A stretch of 64,000 nt of DNA from Sedimentisphaeraceae bacterium JB056 (GTDB taxonomy: Bacteria; Planctomycetota; Phycisphaerae; Sedimentisphaerales; Sedimentisphaeraceae): positions 64,001 through 128,000 of the forward strand of contig JBITAJ010000008.1 in assembly GCA_044440125.1 (NCBI GenBank), written 5' to 3'. Numbering within the stretch: the stretch's first letter is position 1; every line of letters starts with the position of its first letter. Positions 1 to 10,683 of this stretch are shown in pieces. A model generated the notes under the pieces. That model did not search any database. It saw only the letters and a list, made by a program, of their open reading frames with translations, and was not told where the DNA came from. A program made the position numbers and the translations under genes.

Positions 1-1
1 A

Positions 2-1354
2 GATGCATTACCGACCGATCCTTACACTATTGACCATCCACCAATCATTGGTTTTGTGCCGTATATTGCTATTTCTTTTACAGATGAAAATCTTGGTGAT
101 ACGAGTTATGACGCTCAACAAAAACTTTCTTATGTGGGTACAAGTCTCGTTGCAAATCCTTCTGCTAATTTTGGTATAGGCATATTTGATACAGGAGCGT
201 CTGCTCATGTTATTGGCTATCAGACTTCGCAGTCTCTTGGTCTCAGTGGTGATTATCTCACTTCCAACATAATGACTATTGGGGGCGTTTCAGGCTTTGT
301 TGATACTTATGTGAGTATGCCGATTGGCGTATTTTTCAGTGGCCTTGATGCTATAAATCAGACAGATGGTTCACTTGATATTTCAAGCACTTGTGGACAG
401 TCAAACGTTTCTGTTGTTTCAGGCATGCAGCCCTATGCGGGGGAGCCTGATTTACCAACTGTTATCGGCTGTCCAATGTCTGTTTTCTACGATGTTTCAA
501 TAAACAATGACAATCCTGTTGTTATCAATAAGGAGGGGAAAAGGTATAAATCTCCCTCATTGACTGTTTACGATCAGGGTGATTTATCTTCACCTACTTA
601 TTCAAATGTGATACCGCTTGAATTGAGACCGCTTGGTGCTTTGTCTGTAACCTATACTTTAAGCTATGAAGACATTTTGAATGGCGGCTTAGATTTTAAG
701 CCAGGGTCGCCTTCAGTAATAACCGGCGTCGGTTCACAAAGTCTCTACTTTGTTCATGCTGTTGATTTGGAACATAATGGAAGCTTGGCATTCGATAAAG
801 ACAGGTTTATGTTCGACACTGGTGCACAGAGTACACTGATAGGTTCAAGGGTTGCTGCTCGCCTTGGTCTTGACCCTTCTTCGCCTGACTTTGAGATACA
901 GGCAATGGGTGTCAATGGTCAGATCGTCAATCTGCCGGGATTTGTAATCGATTCTATTACTATTCCTACATTAGGAAACTGGCTGACATTTACCAATGTT
1001 CCAGTGGCATTGCTTGATGTAGCATCGCCGGAGGGCGGTACACTTGACGGCATAATTGGAACAAACCTCTTGAATAACTACAATATGGTATTGAGGGGCG
1101 GTGGAATGATGCTCCAAGATGACCCATATATAGAATTCGAACCGCGTCAGACCTCTTTCATATTAGGCGATATTGCTCCTTTAGATAATCCTGATGGACA
1201 AATTGACGAGCAGGATTTTCTATTGCTTGCATCATACTGGCTCATGGAGCCGACGGACCCATTATGGAATCAGGATATAGACATTGCTCCATGGCCGGTA
1301 CCAGACGATATAATCAATCTTGAAGATTTTGCGGCCTTAGCTTCAAAACTATAA
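2..1354 (+). CDS. Aspartic protease with two retropepsin-like domains and a C-terminal dockerin-like domain (5' end outside window)
   Basis: Frame open from window edge (DALPTDPY... before 56); two catalytic motifs FDTGAS and FDTGAQ with downstream VIG/GIIG psi-loop motifs; duplicated dockerin-type Ca-loop at C-terminus (GDIAPLDNPDGQIDEQDF..., DIAPWPVPDDIINLEDF). Confidence 0.8.
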   Translation, partial: DALPTDPYTIDHPPIIGFVPYIAISFTDENLGDTSYDAQQKLSYVGTSLVANPSANFGIGIFDTGASAHVIGYQTSQSLGLSGDYLTSNIMTIGGVSGFVDTYVSMPIGVFFSGLDAINQTDGSLDISSTCGQSNVSVVSGMQPYAGEPDLPTVIGCPMSVFYDVSINNDNPVVINKEGKRYKSPSLTVYDQGDLSSPTYSNVIPLELRPLGALSVTYTLSYEDILNGGLDFKPGSPSVITGVGSQSLYFVHAVDLEHNGSLAFDKDRFMFDTGAQSTLIGSRVAARLGLDPSSPDFEIQAMGVNGQIVNLPGFVIDSITIPTLGNWLTFTNVPVALLDVASPEGGTLDGIIGTNLLNNYNMVLRGGGMMLQDDPYIEFEPRQTSFILGDIAPLDNPDGQIDEQDFLLLASYWLMEPTDPLWNQDIDIAPWPVPDDIINLEDFAALASKL

Positions 1355-1360
1355 AAGGCG

Positions 1361-2014
1361 TTACTCGCAATTTTGAGCAGCATCCTCAGTTTCGGGTTCA
1401 GCCTTTGCTTCTTCTGCTATTGCTGCATCAATATGTTTTTTTACATCGCAGGGCTCTTCATCGTTGCAATATAATGCTACGGCAAGATTTTCTGCCCAGT
1501 ACTCTATTGTCATTTTAGCTCTCGACCATTTGTCAAGATTATCATCAGCAATAGCCGGTCTTTTAAGTATCATTGAAATCAGTGTTTTATCAGTAAGCGA
1601 ATCTGATATCCGAACTTCAAGACAGGGGCCTACAAAGTCTTCATAACCCGATTCCATATAGGCTTGCGAAGAATCTTTGCAGTAAAATAATCTTGAACTC
1701 AAAACAGCTGTTTTTTCACCATTTTCTTCAGCTATATCATATTCTGACAAAACAACTTTTCTAATCGAAAGGTCTACATATTGCCGTAGATCTTCAATAA
1801 CTCGCTGGCTTGGTTTTGTTAGCGAAACATCTACCGTATTAACTTTTATAGCCTTGTAGCCGTCAAGAGGGGTGCTTGATGACTTGTAGATCAAGGTTGT
1901 TTCATCACTCCTTTCAAGCCTTGTATAGTCTTTAAGCAAACCGCTTTCAATAGATTTTTGGCATCCCATACCCAAAACAGTCATTAAAATAATAGACATC
2001 CATATCTTTTTCAT
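1361..2014 (-). CDS. Lipoprotein, DUF3313-like
   Basis: Lipobox GMGC after hydrophobic signal; SGLLKDY motif as in DUF3313 lipoproteins. Confidence 0.6.
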   Translation of the reverse strand: MKKIWMSIILMTVLGMGCQKSIESGLLKDYTRLERSDETTLIYKSSSTPLDGYKAIKVNTVDVSLTKPSQRVIEDLRQYVDLSIRKVVLSEYDIAEENGEKTAVLSSRLFYCKDSSQAYMESGYEDFVGPCLEVRISDSLTDKTLISMILKRPAIADDNLDKWSRAKMTIEYWAENLAVALYCNDEEPCDVKKHIDAAIAEEAKAEPETEDAAQNCE

Positions 2015-2049
2015 AATCCACTGTTCCTTAACTCAAATAATATATTTTC

Positions 2050-3546
2050 CTACTGACTTTCTATTTCCTCTTCATCTTTCTGTGCATCCAAGCTTAGCGG
2101 TTCCCAGCCGCCTCCTGTTGCCTTATACAATGAAACTAAATTCTGCAGCAAGCTTCCACTGCTTGATGCATATTCATCCTGCTGTTCAAAAAGCGATCTC
2201 TCTGTATCCAGTACATTCTGGAAATCAGTAAGTCCGCTTTTGTATAATTCGTTAACCAGCCTGACGGACTCCTTTGCCGCAAGAACTGAGCTTTTGAGTA
2301 TATTCTTTCGTTCACTTTCCTTATTGTATGCTATCAGAGAATTTTCTACGTCTTCAAGAGCATTTAACACGGTTCTTTTGTATACCAGTAACAACTCTTC
2401 TGTTCGCTCTTTTTCAAGAAGTATGTTGTTTCTAAGCCTGTCGCCATTGAATAAACTCCAGTTAATTGAAGGGCCCCAAGACCATTTCCTGCTGTCATCA
2501 TAGCCAAGGTGCTTCAGTTGAGTTCCTTCAAATGCAAAACTTCCTGATAATGAAAACTTAGGATAAAGCTCTGTTTCTGCCACGCCTACTCTCAAACTTT
2601 GCGCATAAAGCCTTCTTTCGCTTGCTCTTACATCAGGCCGTCTTCTTACAGAATCAACCGGTACGGCCAGTTTGATAAGCAAGCTTGGTTCCGGCAAATC
2701 CTTTCTACTGGTAATTTCGTCCAGCAAATCTTTAGATTTTTCACCAAGAAGGGTGGCTAAACGGTTTATTGCTTGATTTATCTGTATTTGAAGTGACGGT
2801 ATTGACGATTGTGTTCTCGAAAGATTGAGTTTTGCCTGCTGGACATCTATCTGCGGAACAAGCTGTGCATCGAATCTGTCTTGCGTCAACTCCAAAGTAT
2901 CACTTTGAGATTTGACATTCTCCCTTGCATAATACAGACGTGACTGAAGTGTACGAACTTCAATATAAGTACTTACAATATCTGATGTTAGAATAGATTG
3001 CACATCATATAGATCCTCAATTGAAGCCTGATAATCGGCATCGGCGGCATTAATTGCTCGTTCAATACGTCCGAAAACATCAATTTCCCAGCTTGCATCA
3101 ATGCCAATGTTATGCAGATTTGAATGATGTGCGCTTTGGCCCGGTATAGTTTCCAATCCATAATTACTTGGCATTGACTGACTATAGAATCCTAAGGCGT
3201 CAAGGTTTAGTTTTTTCTCGCCAGCCGTTATAGCGCGATTAATACGTGATTGTGCTATTCGACTCAGAGCGACCTTAATATCCAGATTTTCGCATATCGA
3301 TCTCGTAACAAGATCGTTCAGGTAAGGATCGTTAAAGGTTTCCCACCATTGGCTAATATCAGCTTCATCAGATTGTTTCAAGATATTTCCAGCAAGCTTG
3401 GTTGACCATTGGTCGGGAACATTCGCTTCAGGTTCATTATAATTATCAACATCAAATGGCTTTTGACATCCGGTTAAAATCAATATACCCAGACTGAAAA
3501 AAAATACTATATTTTTATGTCTTTTAAATTCGGACATAAATATCAT
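2050..3546 (-). CDS. Outer-membrane efflux factor (NodT/OprM/TolC family lipoprotein)
   Basis: Lipobox LTGC; WWETFNDP, ASWEIDVFGR, RRPDVRASE, LYPKFSLSG, LYKATGGGW motifs. Confidence 0.92.
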   Translation of the reverse strand: MIFMSEFKRHKNIVFFFSLGILILTGCQKPFDVDNYNEPEANVPDQWSTKLAGNILKQSDEADISQWWETFNDPYLNDLVTRSICENLDIKVALSRIAQSRINRAITAGEKKLNLDALGFYSQSMPSNYGLETIPGQSAHHSNLHNIGIDASWEIDVFGRIERAINAADADYQASIEDLYDVQSILTSDIVSTYIEVRTLQSRLYYARENVKSQSDTLELTQDRFDAQLVPQIDVQQAKLNLSRTQSSIPSLQIQINQAINRLATLLGEKSKDLLDEITSRKDLPEPSLLIKLAVPVDSVRRRPDVRASERRLYAQSLRVGVAETELYPKFSLSGSFAFEGTQLKHLGYDDSRKWSWGPSINWSLFNGDRLRNNILLEKERTEELLLVYKRTVLNALEDVENSLIAYNKESERKNILKSSVLAAKESVRLVNELYKSGLTDFQNVLDTERSLFEQQDEYASSSGSLLQNLVSLYKATGGGWEPLSLDAQKDEEEIESQ

Positions 3547-3980
3547 CAGCTAAAACTCCGGTTCCAATAAACCCAATTAAATTTCCCATGTTACATATAC
3601 CTTTTTAAAGGTACTGATTACAATACGCTTAAAAAGAAAATATGATTGCTATTAATATTATAAACATTCAATATTTTTTTTACCAGAAAATTATATCAAT
3701 TAAGAGATTAAATCATGAATCGGAATTCTTCATATTCAAATAAAGATGGCAAAACCATAAATATTATGGAGTTTCATGTGTCAATACAGTATAGCATTAT
3801 TGAATCCAACAATTACATTTTTTGTAGAGGAGGCACAAAATCGATAAAAGCCAGAAAGATTTGGATGTAATGTCTTACGCAATATTAATAAAACTGTAAA
3901 GTTCAAAAGTAACGCAATTTATAAAATGTGATAAACAAAAAACATAATGCAACATAACATAAATTATAGGACTTTATATT

Positions 3981-4020
3981 AAAAAAGAGAAGGGAAAGCG
4001 GACATGCCGCCCTCCCTTTT
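3981..4020 (-). terminator. Intrinsic terminator of rpsA
   Basis: Minus strand AAGGGAGGGCGG-CATGT-CCGCTTTCCCTT followed by CTCTTTTTT, just after rpsA stop. Confidence 0.75.
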
Positions 4021-4027
4021 ATCTCTT

Positions 4028-5827
4028 TTATTTACCGCCGAGAATACCTGGGTCAATCTGCAGTGATCCATCGAGTCCGCCGCGACGTTCGCCGCCTGCC
4101 TGACTTTGTGAATCAGCATTGCCCGCATTATCATTGGTACTAGGTGCTGTTGTCTCAGCTTCATCCTTAGCCGCATCTTCAGCTGCCCACTGAACACGTC
4201 TCAAGCTCAAGCCGATTTTGCGTGCTTCTGTGTCAACACGAAGAATTTTGACTTCAAGCTCTTCGCCGACCTTGACAACATCCTGTGGCTTGTCAATCTT
4301 GTGATCTGCGATTTCTGAGATATGCAACAAGCCTTCGAGGTCTTCCTCGAGCTCAACAAATACACCAAAATTGGTGATCTTTGTGATTTTACCCTTAACA
4401 ATCTGACCTGGCAGATATGTTTCAGGTATAGCACGAACCCATGGGTCCTCTGTAAGCTGCTTAACACCAAGTGAAATACGCTGCTTGTCTTCATCAACTT
4501 CAAGAACAACGCACTGTATATCCTGGTCCTTCTTGAGAGCCTCATTCGGATGATTGTATTTCTTTGTCCAGCTGAGGTCAGAAATATGGATAAGTCCGTC
4601 AATACCTTCCTCTATGGTAGCAAATGCTCCATAATTCATGAGGCTGGTAACCTTAGCATTAACCATTGTTCCTGGAGGATATTTCTGAGCTGCAATAGTC
4701 CATGGATTAACTTCAAGCTGCTTGATACCAAGAGATATCTCCTGCTTGTCTTTGTTAACCTCAAGAACAACAGCTTCAACTTCCTGTCCAACCTCGAACA
4801 TATCGCCTGGGTGAACGATTCTCTTTGTCCAGCTCATTTCGCTGATATGTACAAGACCTTCAATGCCCTCTTCAAGACGCAGGAAGATACCGTAGTTCAT
4901 GATATTCACTACAGTGCCCTTCACCTTGCTGTTGACTGGGTAGCGTTCTTCAACCTTTTCCCATGGGCTTTCAGTTTTCTGCTTGAGACCAAGTGAAACC
5001 TTTTCAGTATCGGTGTCTACGCCGATAACAACGCATTCGATTTCCTGATCAAGCTTAACGATTTCTGATGGGTGAGAAATTCTGCCCCAACTGAGATCTG
5101 ATATATGCAACAGACCGTCAAGACCGCCAAGGTCAACGAAAACACCGAAGTCAGCGATATTCTTGACGATACCCTTACGTATTTGACCGATCTCGATATC
5201 CTTAAGTATTGCTTCCTTGCTGCTTTGACGTTCTTCTTCAATAATCTTACGACGTGAAACGACGATGTTCTTGTTCTCGGTATCAATTTTGAGAATCTTA
5301 CACTCAATATCTTCACCAATGAATCTACTGATATCGCCGGGCTTTCTGATGTCAACTTGCGATGCTGGCAGGAATACCGGTACACCAATATCAACGAGCA
5401 GACCGCCCTTGATTCTGCGTGTAACCTTACCAGTGACAATATCGCCTTCTTCTTTCTCGTTAACAATCTTTTCCCAACCGCGGATTCTGTCAGCTTTGCG
5501 CTTGCTCAACAGGATCATGCCGTCTTCAGCATCTACATCCTCGACAAAAACCTCAATCTCTTTACCAGCCTCAATCTCTTCAGGTAAGTCAAATTCGTTT
5601 GATTCGACAACACCTTCGCTTTTGAGACCAATTTCGATGATTACATCATTACCGATTTGCTCTACAATCTTACCGACAAGGATGCTTCCAGGTACCAATG
5701 CCTGTGTTTTAGTTTCAAGTACTTCATCAAGCATTTGTGTATGCTCTTGGGTGTACATTGAATCGACCTCAGCATTGAGCTCGTCAAGATTGATACCTAA
5801 CGTGTTAATAATATTAAAATCTACCAT
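4028..5827 (-). CDS. rpsA: 30S ribosomal protein S1
   Basis: Six S1 repeats (FLPASQVD, DGLLHISDLSW, EGLVHISEMSW etc.); ATG at 5827 preceded by GGAAAGG preferred over ORF-track start 5854. Confidence 0.97.
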   Translation of the reverse strand: MVDFNIINTLGINLDELNAEVDSMYTQEHTQMLDEVLETKTQALVPGSILVGKIVEQIGNDVIIEIGLKSEGVVESNEFDLPEEIEAGKEIEVFVEDVDAEDGMILLSKRKADRIRGWEKIVNEKEEGDIVTGKVTRRIKGGLLVDIGVPVFLPASQVDIRKPGDISRFIGEDIECKILKIDTENKNIVVSRRKIIEEERQSSKEAILKDIEIGQIRKGIVKNIADFGVFVDLGGLDGLLHISDLSWGRISHPSEIVKLDQEIECVVIGVDTDTEKVSLGLKQKTESPWEKVEERYPVNSKVKGTVVNIMNYGIFLRLEEGIEGLVHISEMSWTKRIVHPGDMFEVGQEVEAVVLEVNKDKQEISLGIKQLEVNPWTIAAQKYPPGTMVNAKVTSLMNYGAFATIEEGIDGLIHISDLSWTKKYNHPNEALKKDQDIQCVVLEVDEDKQRISLGVKQLTEDPWVRAIPETYLPGQIVKGKITKITNFGVFVELEEDLEGLLHISEIADHKIDKPQDVVKVGEELEVKILRVDTEARKIGLSLRRVQWAAEDAAKDEAETTAPSTNDNAGNADSQSQAGGERRGGLDGSLQIDPGILGGK

Positions 5828-5988
5828 CTTAAACCTTTCCGCGGAAAAAAACAAACAAGCAGGAAACGTCCGCGCCTTCGCTTCTGCAAGGCAGCCTCAA
5901 TTGTTAGGCTGCGTTATCAATCACATAACCGTTAATTCCAAACACGCGTTTGGCGGTTACGATCGTTTAAGTCACTTCAACAATATCC

Positions 5989-6822
5989 TTATGACTCTCT
6001 GAGCTTATTGACAAATTCCTCTATAACCCAATCGGGGGTTGAGGCACCAGCCGTCACTCCGGCTGTTTTTTTGTCTCTAAGGACATCTGTGTCCAGTTCC
6101 TTCCAATTCTGAAGGTGGAAGGTGTTAATATTAAACATTTTGCACAATTCTGCAAGTTTTTTTGTGTTTGCGCTGTGTTTTCCACCTAAAACAAACATAA
6201 TATCGACTTTTTTTGCCAATTCCATAGCAGAATCCTGCCTTTTTATAGCTTCACGGCACAAAGTATTGATTACTTTCAGTTCAGCAAACCCCCTCTTTAT
6301 GATTTCTGAAACAGTCTCGGCAAAGTGACTGTAAGATTGGGTTGTCTGACAGATTATACCCAATTTGCGATATCGATCAAGACGTTCAAGATCTTCTTTG
6401 TCTGCAACAACGATAGCTTTTTCAACCGAGCCTGTTATTGCACGGACCTCCGGGTGATCTGCATCGCCTATAACCACCACCATATAGCCGCTCGCTTCAA
6501 GTTCAGTTGCTATATTCTGCACTTTTTTCACAAGCACACAGGTGGCGTCAACGATATTGAGATTTCTGTTACGAATTTCCCGTATTTGTTTTTTTGTTGC
6601 CCCGTGTGATCGTATCAAAATAGTGCCATCTGAGACCTCTTCAATACTGTCAACTGTATTAAGCCCTTTTTCGGAAAGCTTATCTACAACATCTGTGTTG
6701 TGTATAATATGCCCGAAACTATACACATTCTTATCGCCCGATTCCAAGGTTTGCTCGGCCGTTTTAATAGCGTTTCTTACGCCCTGGCAGAACCCGCATT
6801 TAGCCGCGATTATAACTTCCAT
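5989..6822 (-). CDS. ispH: 4-hydroxy-3-methylbut-2-enyl diphosphate reductase
   Basis: GFCQGV, IRSHG, DATC, QTT, NTLC, SANT, TAGASTP motifs with three Fe-S cysteines. Confidence 0.96.
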   Translation of the reverse strand: MEVIIAAKCGFCQGVRNAIKTAEQTLESGDKNVYSFGHIIHNTDVVDKLSEKGLNTVDSIEEVSDGTILIRSHGATKKQIREIRNRNLNIVDATCVLVKKVQNIATELEASGYMVVVIGDADHPEVRAITGSVEKAIVVADKEDLERLDRYRKLGIICQTTQSYSHFAETVSEIIKRGFAELKVINTLCREAIKRQDSAMELAKKVDIMFVLGGKHSANTKKLAELCKMFNINTFHLQNWKELDTDVLRDKKTAGVTAGASTPDWVIEEFVNKLRES

Positions 6823-6837
6823 TTTATTTTCACCATC

Positions 6838-7797
6838 CTATCGTAATCTTACTAACATTTTTTTATTTATCTTTTGGCACTCAATTATCTTATCTGTATC
6901 TTTAATAAACCGGTTGCCGTCTGTCCAGTAACCAGCGGTAGGAGCTATAGTTGCGTCAAAACCAGCAAAGTAAGAATTCAGCCTTTCCATCATCATCTCA
7001 CGGATATATTTACTGATTATTGATGCCAGTGATACAGGCAGCGATTTATCATCAGCTTTTACAACAAAATGAATTCGCATCTTTCTGTCACCATCAATAA
7101 GTTCGTAACTGCAATCCGTCTCATCCTCTCGTATTATCCGCCCCTGCGATTGCGGGAACATTTTGGCTAAAACCGGCAAATAATGACTCCTGCCACCCTG
7201 CCTGTCAACAACTATCTGAAGGTTGTCATTACCAAAATGTTTGAATGCCCAGTCAATATGCCGACAGACTGCGGTAAAAAGAACAGATGCTTTGTTTTGA
7301 ACCTTATCGACCATTTCGTTATAATAACCAACATCCAATACTTCTGAACGCAAGGCAACAATGCTTATTCCATTTTTCTCACGGTCTGTCTTGAACGCCC
7401 CTGCTGCAATACTGTACTCTGCATTCTCAAAATCTATCTCAACATCTTCCAGTTTTTGATACCAAGGATAATGATTAAGGCGAGCCAATGCCTCAGGCGC
7501 AAGTACATTAACAAGCTCCTTGAAGTTTTTGGCAGAAATCCCCATGCTTTTCAATGTAGCAAGAGTTGTTCTCTCAAGATGACCGAGGCCGCTTTTGCGA
7601 TTATAAGCCTTTTTACTGTCAGTAATTAGGATTTTACCCTTTAGTGAGCGTTTCTGTTTAGACACAGAACTTGATAAAACCTTCCACATATCGGAGCGTA
7701 GTTTATCCTCAGGCACCATAAATGCCGTAGAGCTCACTGTCAGAGGGCCAAGGACAGGGCCATAACCTGCCTCGTCAATACCGATTAATACTGCCAT
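6838..7797 (-). CDS. Ribonuclease HII family protein (long variant)
   Basis: GIDEAGYGPVLGPL, DSKK, VDR, KADDKSLPVSLASIISK motifs. Confidence 0.8.
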   Translation of the reverse strand: MAVLIGIDEAGYGPVLGPLTVSSTAFMVPEDKLRSDMWKVLSSSVSKQKRSLKGKILITDSKKAYNRKSGLGHLERTTLATLKSMGISAKNFKELVNVLAPEALARLNHYPWYQKLEDVEIDFENAEYSIAAGAFKTDREKNGISIVALRSEVLDVGYYNEMVDKVQNKASVLFTAVCRHIDWAFKHFGNDNLQIVVDRQGGRSHYLPVLAKMFPQSQGRIIREDETDCSYELIDGDRKMRIHFVVKADDKSLPVSLASIISKYIREMMMERLNSYFAGFDATIAPTAGYWTDGNRFIKDTDKIIECQKINKKMLVRLR

Positions 7798-7914
7798 ATA
7801 ATAAATCTTGAAAATATTTAAAATGAATCAAAACGAAACGTCAATATTATGCAGAAAACAAGAATTGTCAATTGTTATTCACAATTCAGGAACAACAAAT
7901 ATATATTAAGCCAC

Positions 7915-7947
7915 AAAAAAACCTCCGCTGCAATATGGCGGAGGTTT
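7915..7947 (-). terminator. Intrinsic terminator of trp operon
   Basis: Minus strand AAACCTCCGC-CATATTGCA-GCGGAGGTTTTTTT after trpA stop. Confidence 0.85.
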
Positions 7948-7975
7948 GGGATAATCTTTGCACTTATTAGAGATT

Positions 7976-8776
7976 CTATCTGAGTGCTTTTTTAAGACTT
8001 GCTACCTTTTCGGAAACAATATTCGCAAGTTCCTTCGAATTGACATTTTCCTCTATAGTCCTGACGAACAGGCTCCCAACCACTACACCCTCTGCAAACG
8101 GAGCTATTGTCGCCGCATCTTCAGGGCTTGACACTCCAAATCCCATGCATACAGGTACGTCCGTATAAGCCTTTATGCGTTCAACTCCTGCTTTTATTGA
8201 ATCCTTGTCAACCCCGCCTGTTCCTGTAATACCGACCCTGTTTATCATGTAGATGAATCCTTTGCCTTGTTTGCATATATCCTCGAGTCGCTTGCCTTTT
8301 GTAGTTGGTGCAACGAGATGTATCAATTTGAAGTCCTTATCGATACATGATGATTCAAATTCATCCTTTTCTTCAAATGAGAGGTCTACTATCAAAGCCC
8401 CATCAGCTCCGGCATTTATTGCATCATCACAAAACTGTTCTACACCGTAATTATGAATAGGGTTGTAGTAGCTAAATAAAATTATCGGCAACGAATCACC
8501 ACATCTTTTACGTATGGCGTGAACCATTTCAAATACAGTCGATACGTTTACGCCCGCTTCAAGAGCCCTCATGGATGCTTTTTGTATTGTTGGCCCGTCT
8601 GCCGTAGGATCGGAAAAAGGCACACCAAGCTCCAAGACGTCCACACCCGACTCTACTGCTTTACAAATTATATCAAGTGATTTCTCTATGCAAGGATCAC
8701 CTGCCGTTATAAAAGCAACAAGAGCTTTTTCACCTGCTTCTTTAAGATCCTTAAATTTTTTATCTATTCTGTTCAT
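7976..8776 (-). CDS. trpA: Tryptophan synthase alpha chain
   Basis: FITAGDP, ELGVPFSDPTADGPTIQ, GFGV, GVVVGS; start 8776 has better SD spacing than 8782. Confidence 0.97.
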   Translation of the reverse strand: MNRIDKKFKDLKEAGEKALVAFITAGDPCIEKSLDIICKAVESGVDVLELGVPFSDPTADGPTIQKASMRALEAGVNVSTVFEMVHAIRKRCGDSLPIILFSYYNPIHNYGVEQFCDDAINAGADGALIVDLSFEEKDEFESSCIDKDFKLIHLVAPTTKGKRLEDICKQGKGFIYMINRVGITGTGGVDKDSIKAGVERIKAYTDVPVCMGFGVSSPEDAATIAPFAEGVVVGSLFVRTIEENVNSKELANIVSEKVASLKKALR

Positions 8777-8824
8777 AAACATAAACCTTTACATATTTAT
8801 CTGCGTTTTTTCATCAACAACAGA

Positions 8825-10024
8825 TCAGTTAATCATATCAAGTACATAAGCCAGGTCTTTGTCCCCTCTTCCTGAGAGACAAACAAGAATCGTATGATCA
8901 CTGCTTTTACCTGCGGCTTCTTTCATTGCTTGAGCCAAAGCATGTGAACTTTCCAATGCTGGTATAATTCCTTCAAGACGGCTAAGCATAACAAATGCAT
9001 TAAGAGCTTCTTTGTCAGTTATTGATTCATAACGCACGCGACCAATATCTTTGAGCAACGAATGTTCCGGGCCAACACCTGGATAATCAAGACCGGCAGA
9101 AACTGAATGAGCCTCTTTAACCATGCCATTCTCATCCTGAAGGATATAAGATTTCGAACCATGAAGAACACCTATAGAACCCTGCCCAAGTGTTACGGCA
9201 TGCTTACCCGTTTCGATACCCTTGCCCGCAGCCTCGACACCAACAATATCAACGTCAATATCATTGAGAAACTCATAGAAAAGTCCCATGGCATTACTTC
9301 CACCGCCTACACATGCTATCAAACAATCAGGCAATCCACCGGCAAGTTCATTAAACTGCTGCTTTGCTTCATGACCTATAATCTTCTGGAAGTCCCTAAC
9401 CATCGCCGGATACGGGTGAGGACCAGCAACAGAACCGATTACATAAAAAGTGTCTTCGCTTGTAGCTGCCCAGTATCTAATAGCCCCATTCATCGCATCT
9501 TTTAATGTACCAGTACCGCTTTCAATTGGTACTACTTCAGCACCAAGCAATTCCATTCGCTGAACATTCGGCTGCTGCCTGCGGATATCCTCAACTCCCA
9601 TAAACACCTTGCATTCAAGCCCAAAAAGAGCTGCAGTCGTAGCAGTAGCAACACCATGCTGTCCGGCTCCAGTCTCAGCAATAACCTTTTTCTTGCCCAT
9701 ATACTTAGCCAGCAGTACTTGGCCGATTGTGTTATTTACTTTGTGTGCGCCAGTATGATTAAGATCTTCACGCTTGAGATATATCTTAGAACCGCCGATA
9801 TATTCAGTGAGTCTCTGTGCATAATATACAGGCGAAGGCCTTCCGACATAATGTTTAAGCAGATACTGATATTCAGCCATAAACTTTTCGTCATTGATAT
9901 ATTTTTTATAAGCATCATCCAGTTCTATCAAAGATTCCATTAATGTTTCGCCTACATAACGTCCGCCATGTACACCGAAATGACCTTTTGAATCCGGGTA
10001 TTTTTTGAAATCGTCTTTACTCAT
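8825..10024 (-). CDS. trpB: Tryptophan synthase beta chain
   Basis: [52 protein letters not shown]. Confidence 0.98.
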   Translation of the reverse strand: MSKDDFKKYPDSKGHFGVHGGRYVGETLMESLIELDDAYKKYINDEKFMAEYQYLLKHYVGRPSPVYYAQRLTEYIGGSKIYLKREDLNHTGAHKVNNTIGQVLLAKYMGKKKVIAETGAGQHGVATATTAALFGLECKVFMGVEDIRRQQPNVQRMELLGAEVVPIESGTGTLKDAMNGAIRYWAATSEDTFYVIGSVAGPHPYPAMVRDFQKIIGHEAKQQFNELAGGLPDCLIACVGGGSNAMGLFYEFLNDIDVDIVGVEAAGKGIETGKHAVTLGQGSIGVLHGSKSYILQDENGMVKEAHSVSAGLDYPGVGPEHSLLKDIGRVRYESITDKEALNAFVMLSRLEGIIPALESSHALAQAMKEAAGKSSDHTILVCLSGRGDKDLAYVLDMIN

Positions 10025-10683
10025 TTAAATATCCTTTTAACTTCCCTTTTCAGGTTTGTATTTTTTGATTGCTCTATAAATTCTTTAACTAATCCCATAT
10101 CTTTTATGCCGGGTTCTTTCTCAAGTGCGCTGCTGACATCTACAGCGTCAGCCTGTGATGAGATGATTGCCTCAGATACATTTTCACAGTTCAATCCCCC
10201 GGCCAGTATAAATGGATGCTTTCCACTGATACTGCTGCTTTGACTCCAGTTCCATTTTGCGCCATTGCCTCCGGGAAGTTCTCCCTTGCCGCATTCGACA
10301 AGCAGTGCATAGCAATCTGAAAAACCATCTGCCAATTCAACGAGTCTCTCACCAGAAGCATTCACATGCTTAATTGATCTGAGGCCCGCCTTTCTGAGAC
10401 GATTGATATATTCAGCATCTTCATTTCCATGAAGTTGGAAAGTACTTATGCCAGTTATCATAGCAGTACATAAAAGCTCGTCTATCGGCATATCAACAGT
10501 AACAGCAACAGGTATAGCCAATCCGTTAATACTTTCAGCGATTCGTCCTGCAACTATTGCGGAGATATTCCTGGGACTTTTGTCATAGAAGACCATACCT
10601 ATTGCATCAGCGCCGAGCTTTGCGCATTCAATTGCCTGTGAGCTGCTTGTAATGCCGCAAATTTTGACCTGTGGAACATTCAT
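10021..10683 (-). CDS. trpF: Phosphoribosylanthranilate isomerase
   Basis: [33 protein letters not shown] overlap with trpB. Confidence 0.95.
   Translation of the reverse strand: MNVPQVKICGITSSSQAIECAKLGADAIGMVFYDKSPRNISAIVAGRIAESINGLAIPVAVTVDMPIDELLCTAMITGISTFQLHGNEDAEYINRLRKAGLRSIKHVNASGERLVELADGFSDCYALLVECGKGELPGGNGAKWNWSQSSSISGKHPFILAGGLNCENVSEAIISSQADAVDVSSALEKEPGIKDMGLVKEFIEQSKNTNLKREVKRIFK

Noticed and set aside
3715..3870. 51-codon plus-strand ORF in the AT-rich gap
   Set aside because: No convincing SD or recognisable composition; likely chance
5265..6002. 245-aa plus-strand ORF and other long antisense ORFs (e.g. 43244-43870, 46496-47113, 37167-37631)
   Set aside because: Shadow ORFs opposite well-conserved genes, with no recognisable motifs
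7875..7883. DnaA box TTATTCACA
   Set aside because: Single copy with no cluster and no dnaA/dnaN context; not an origin
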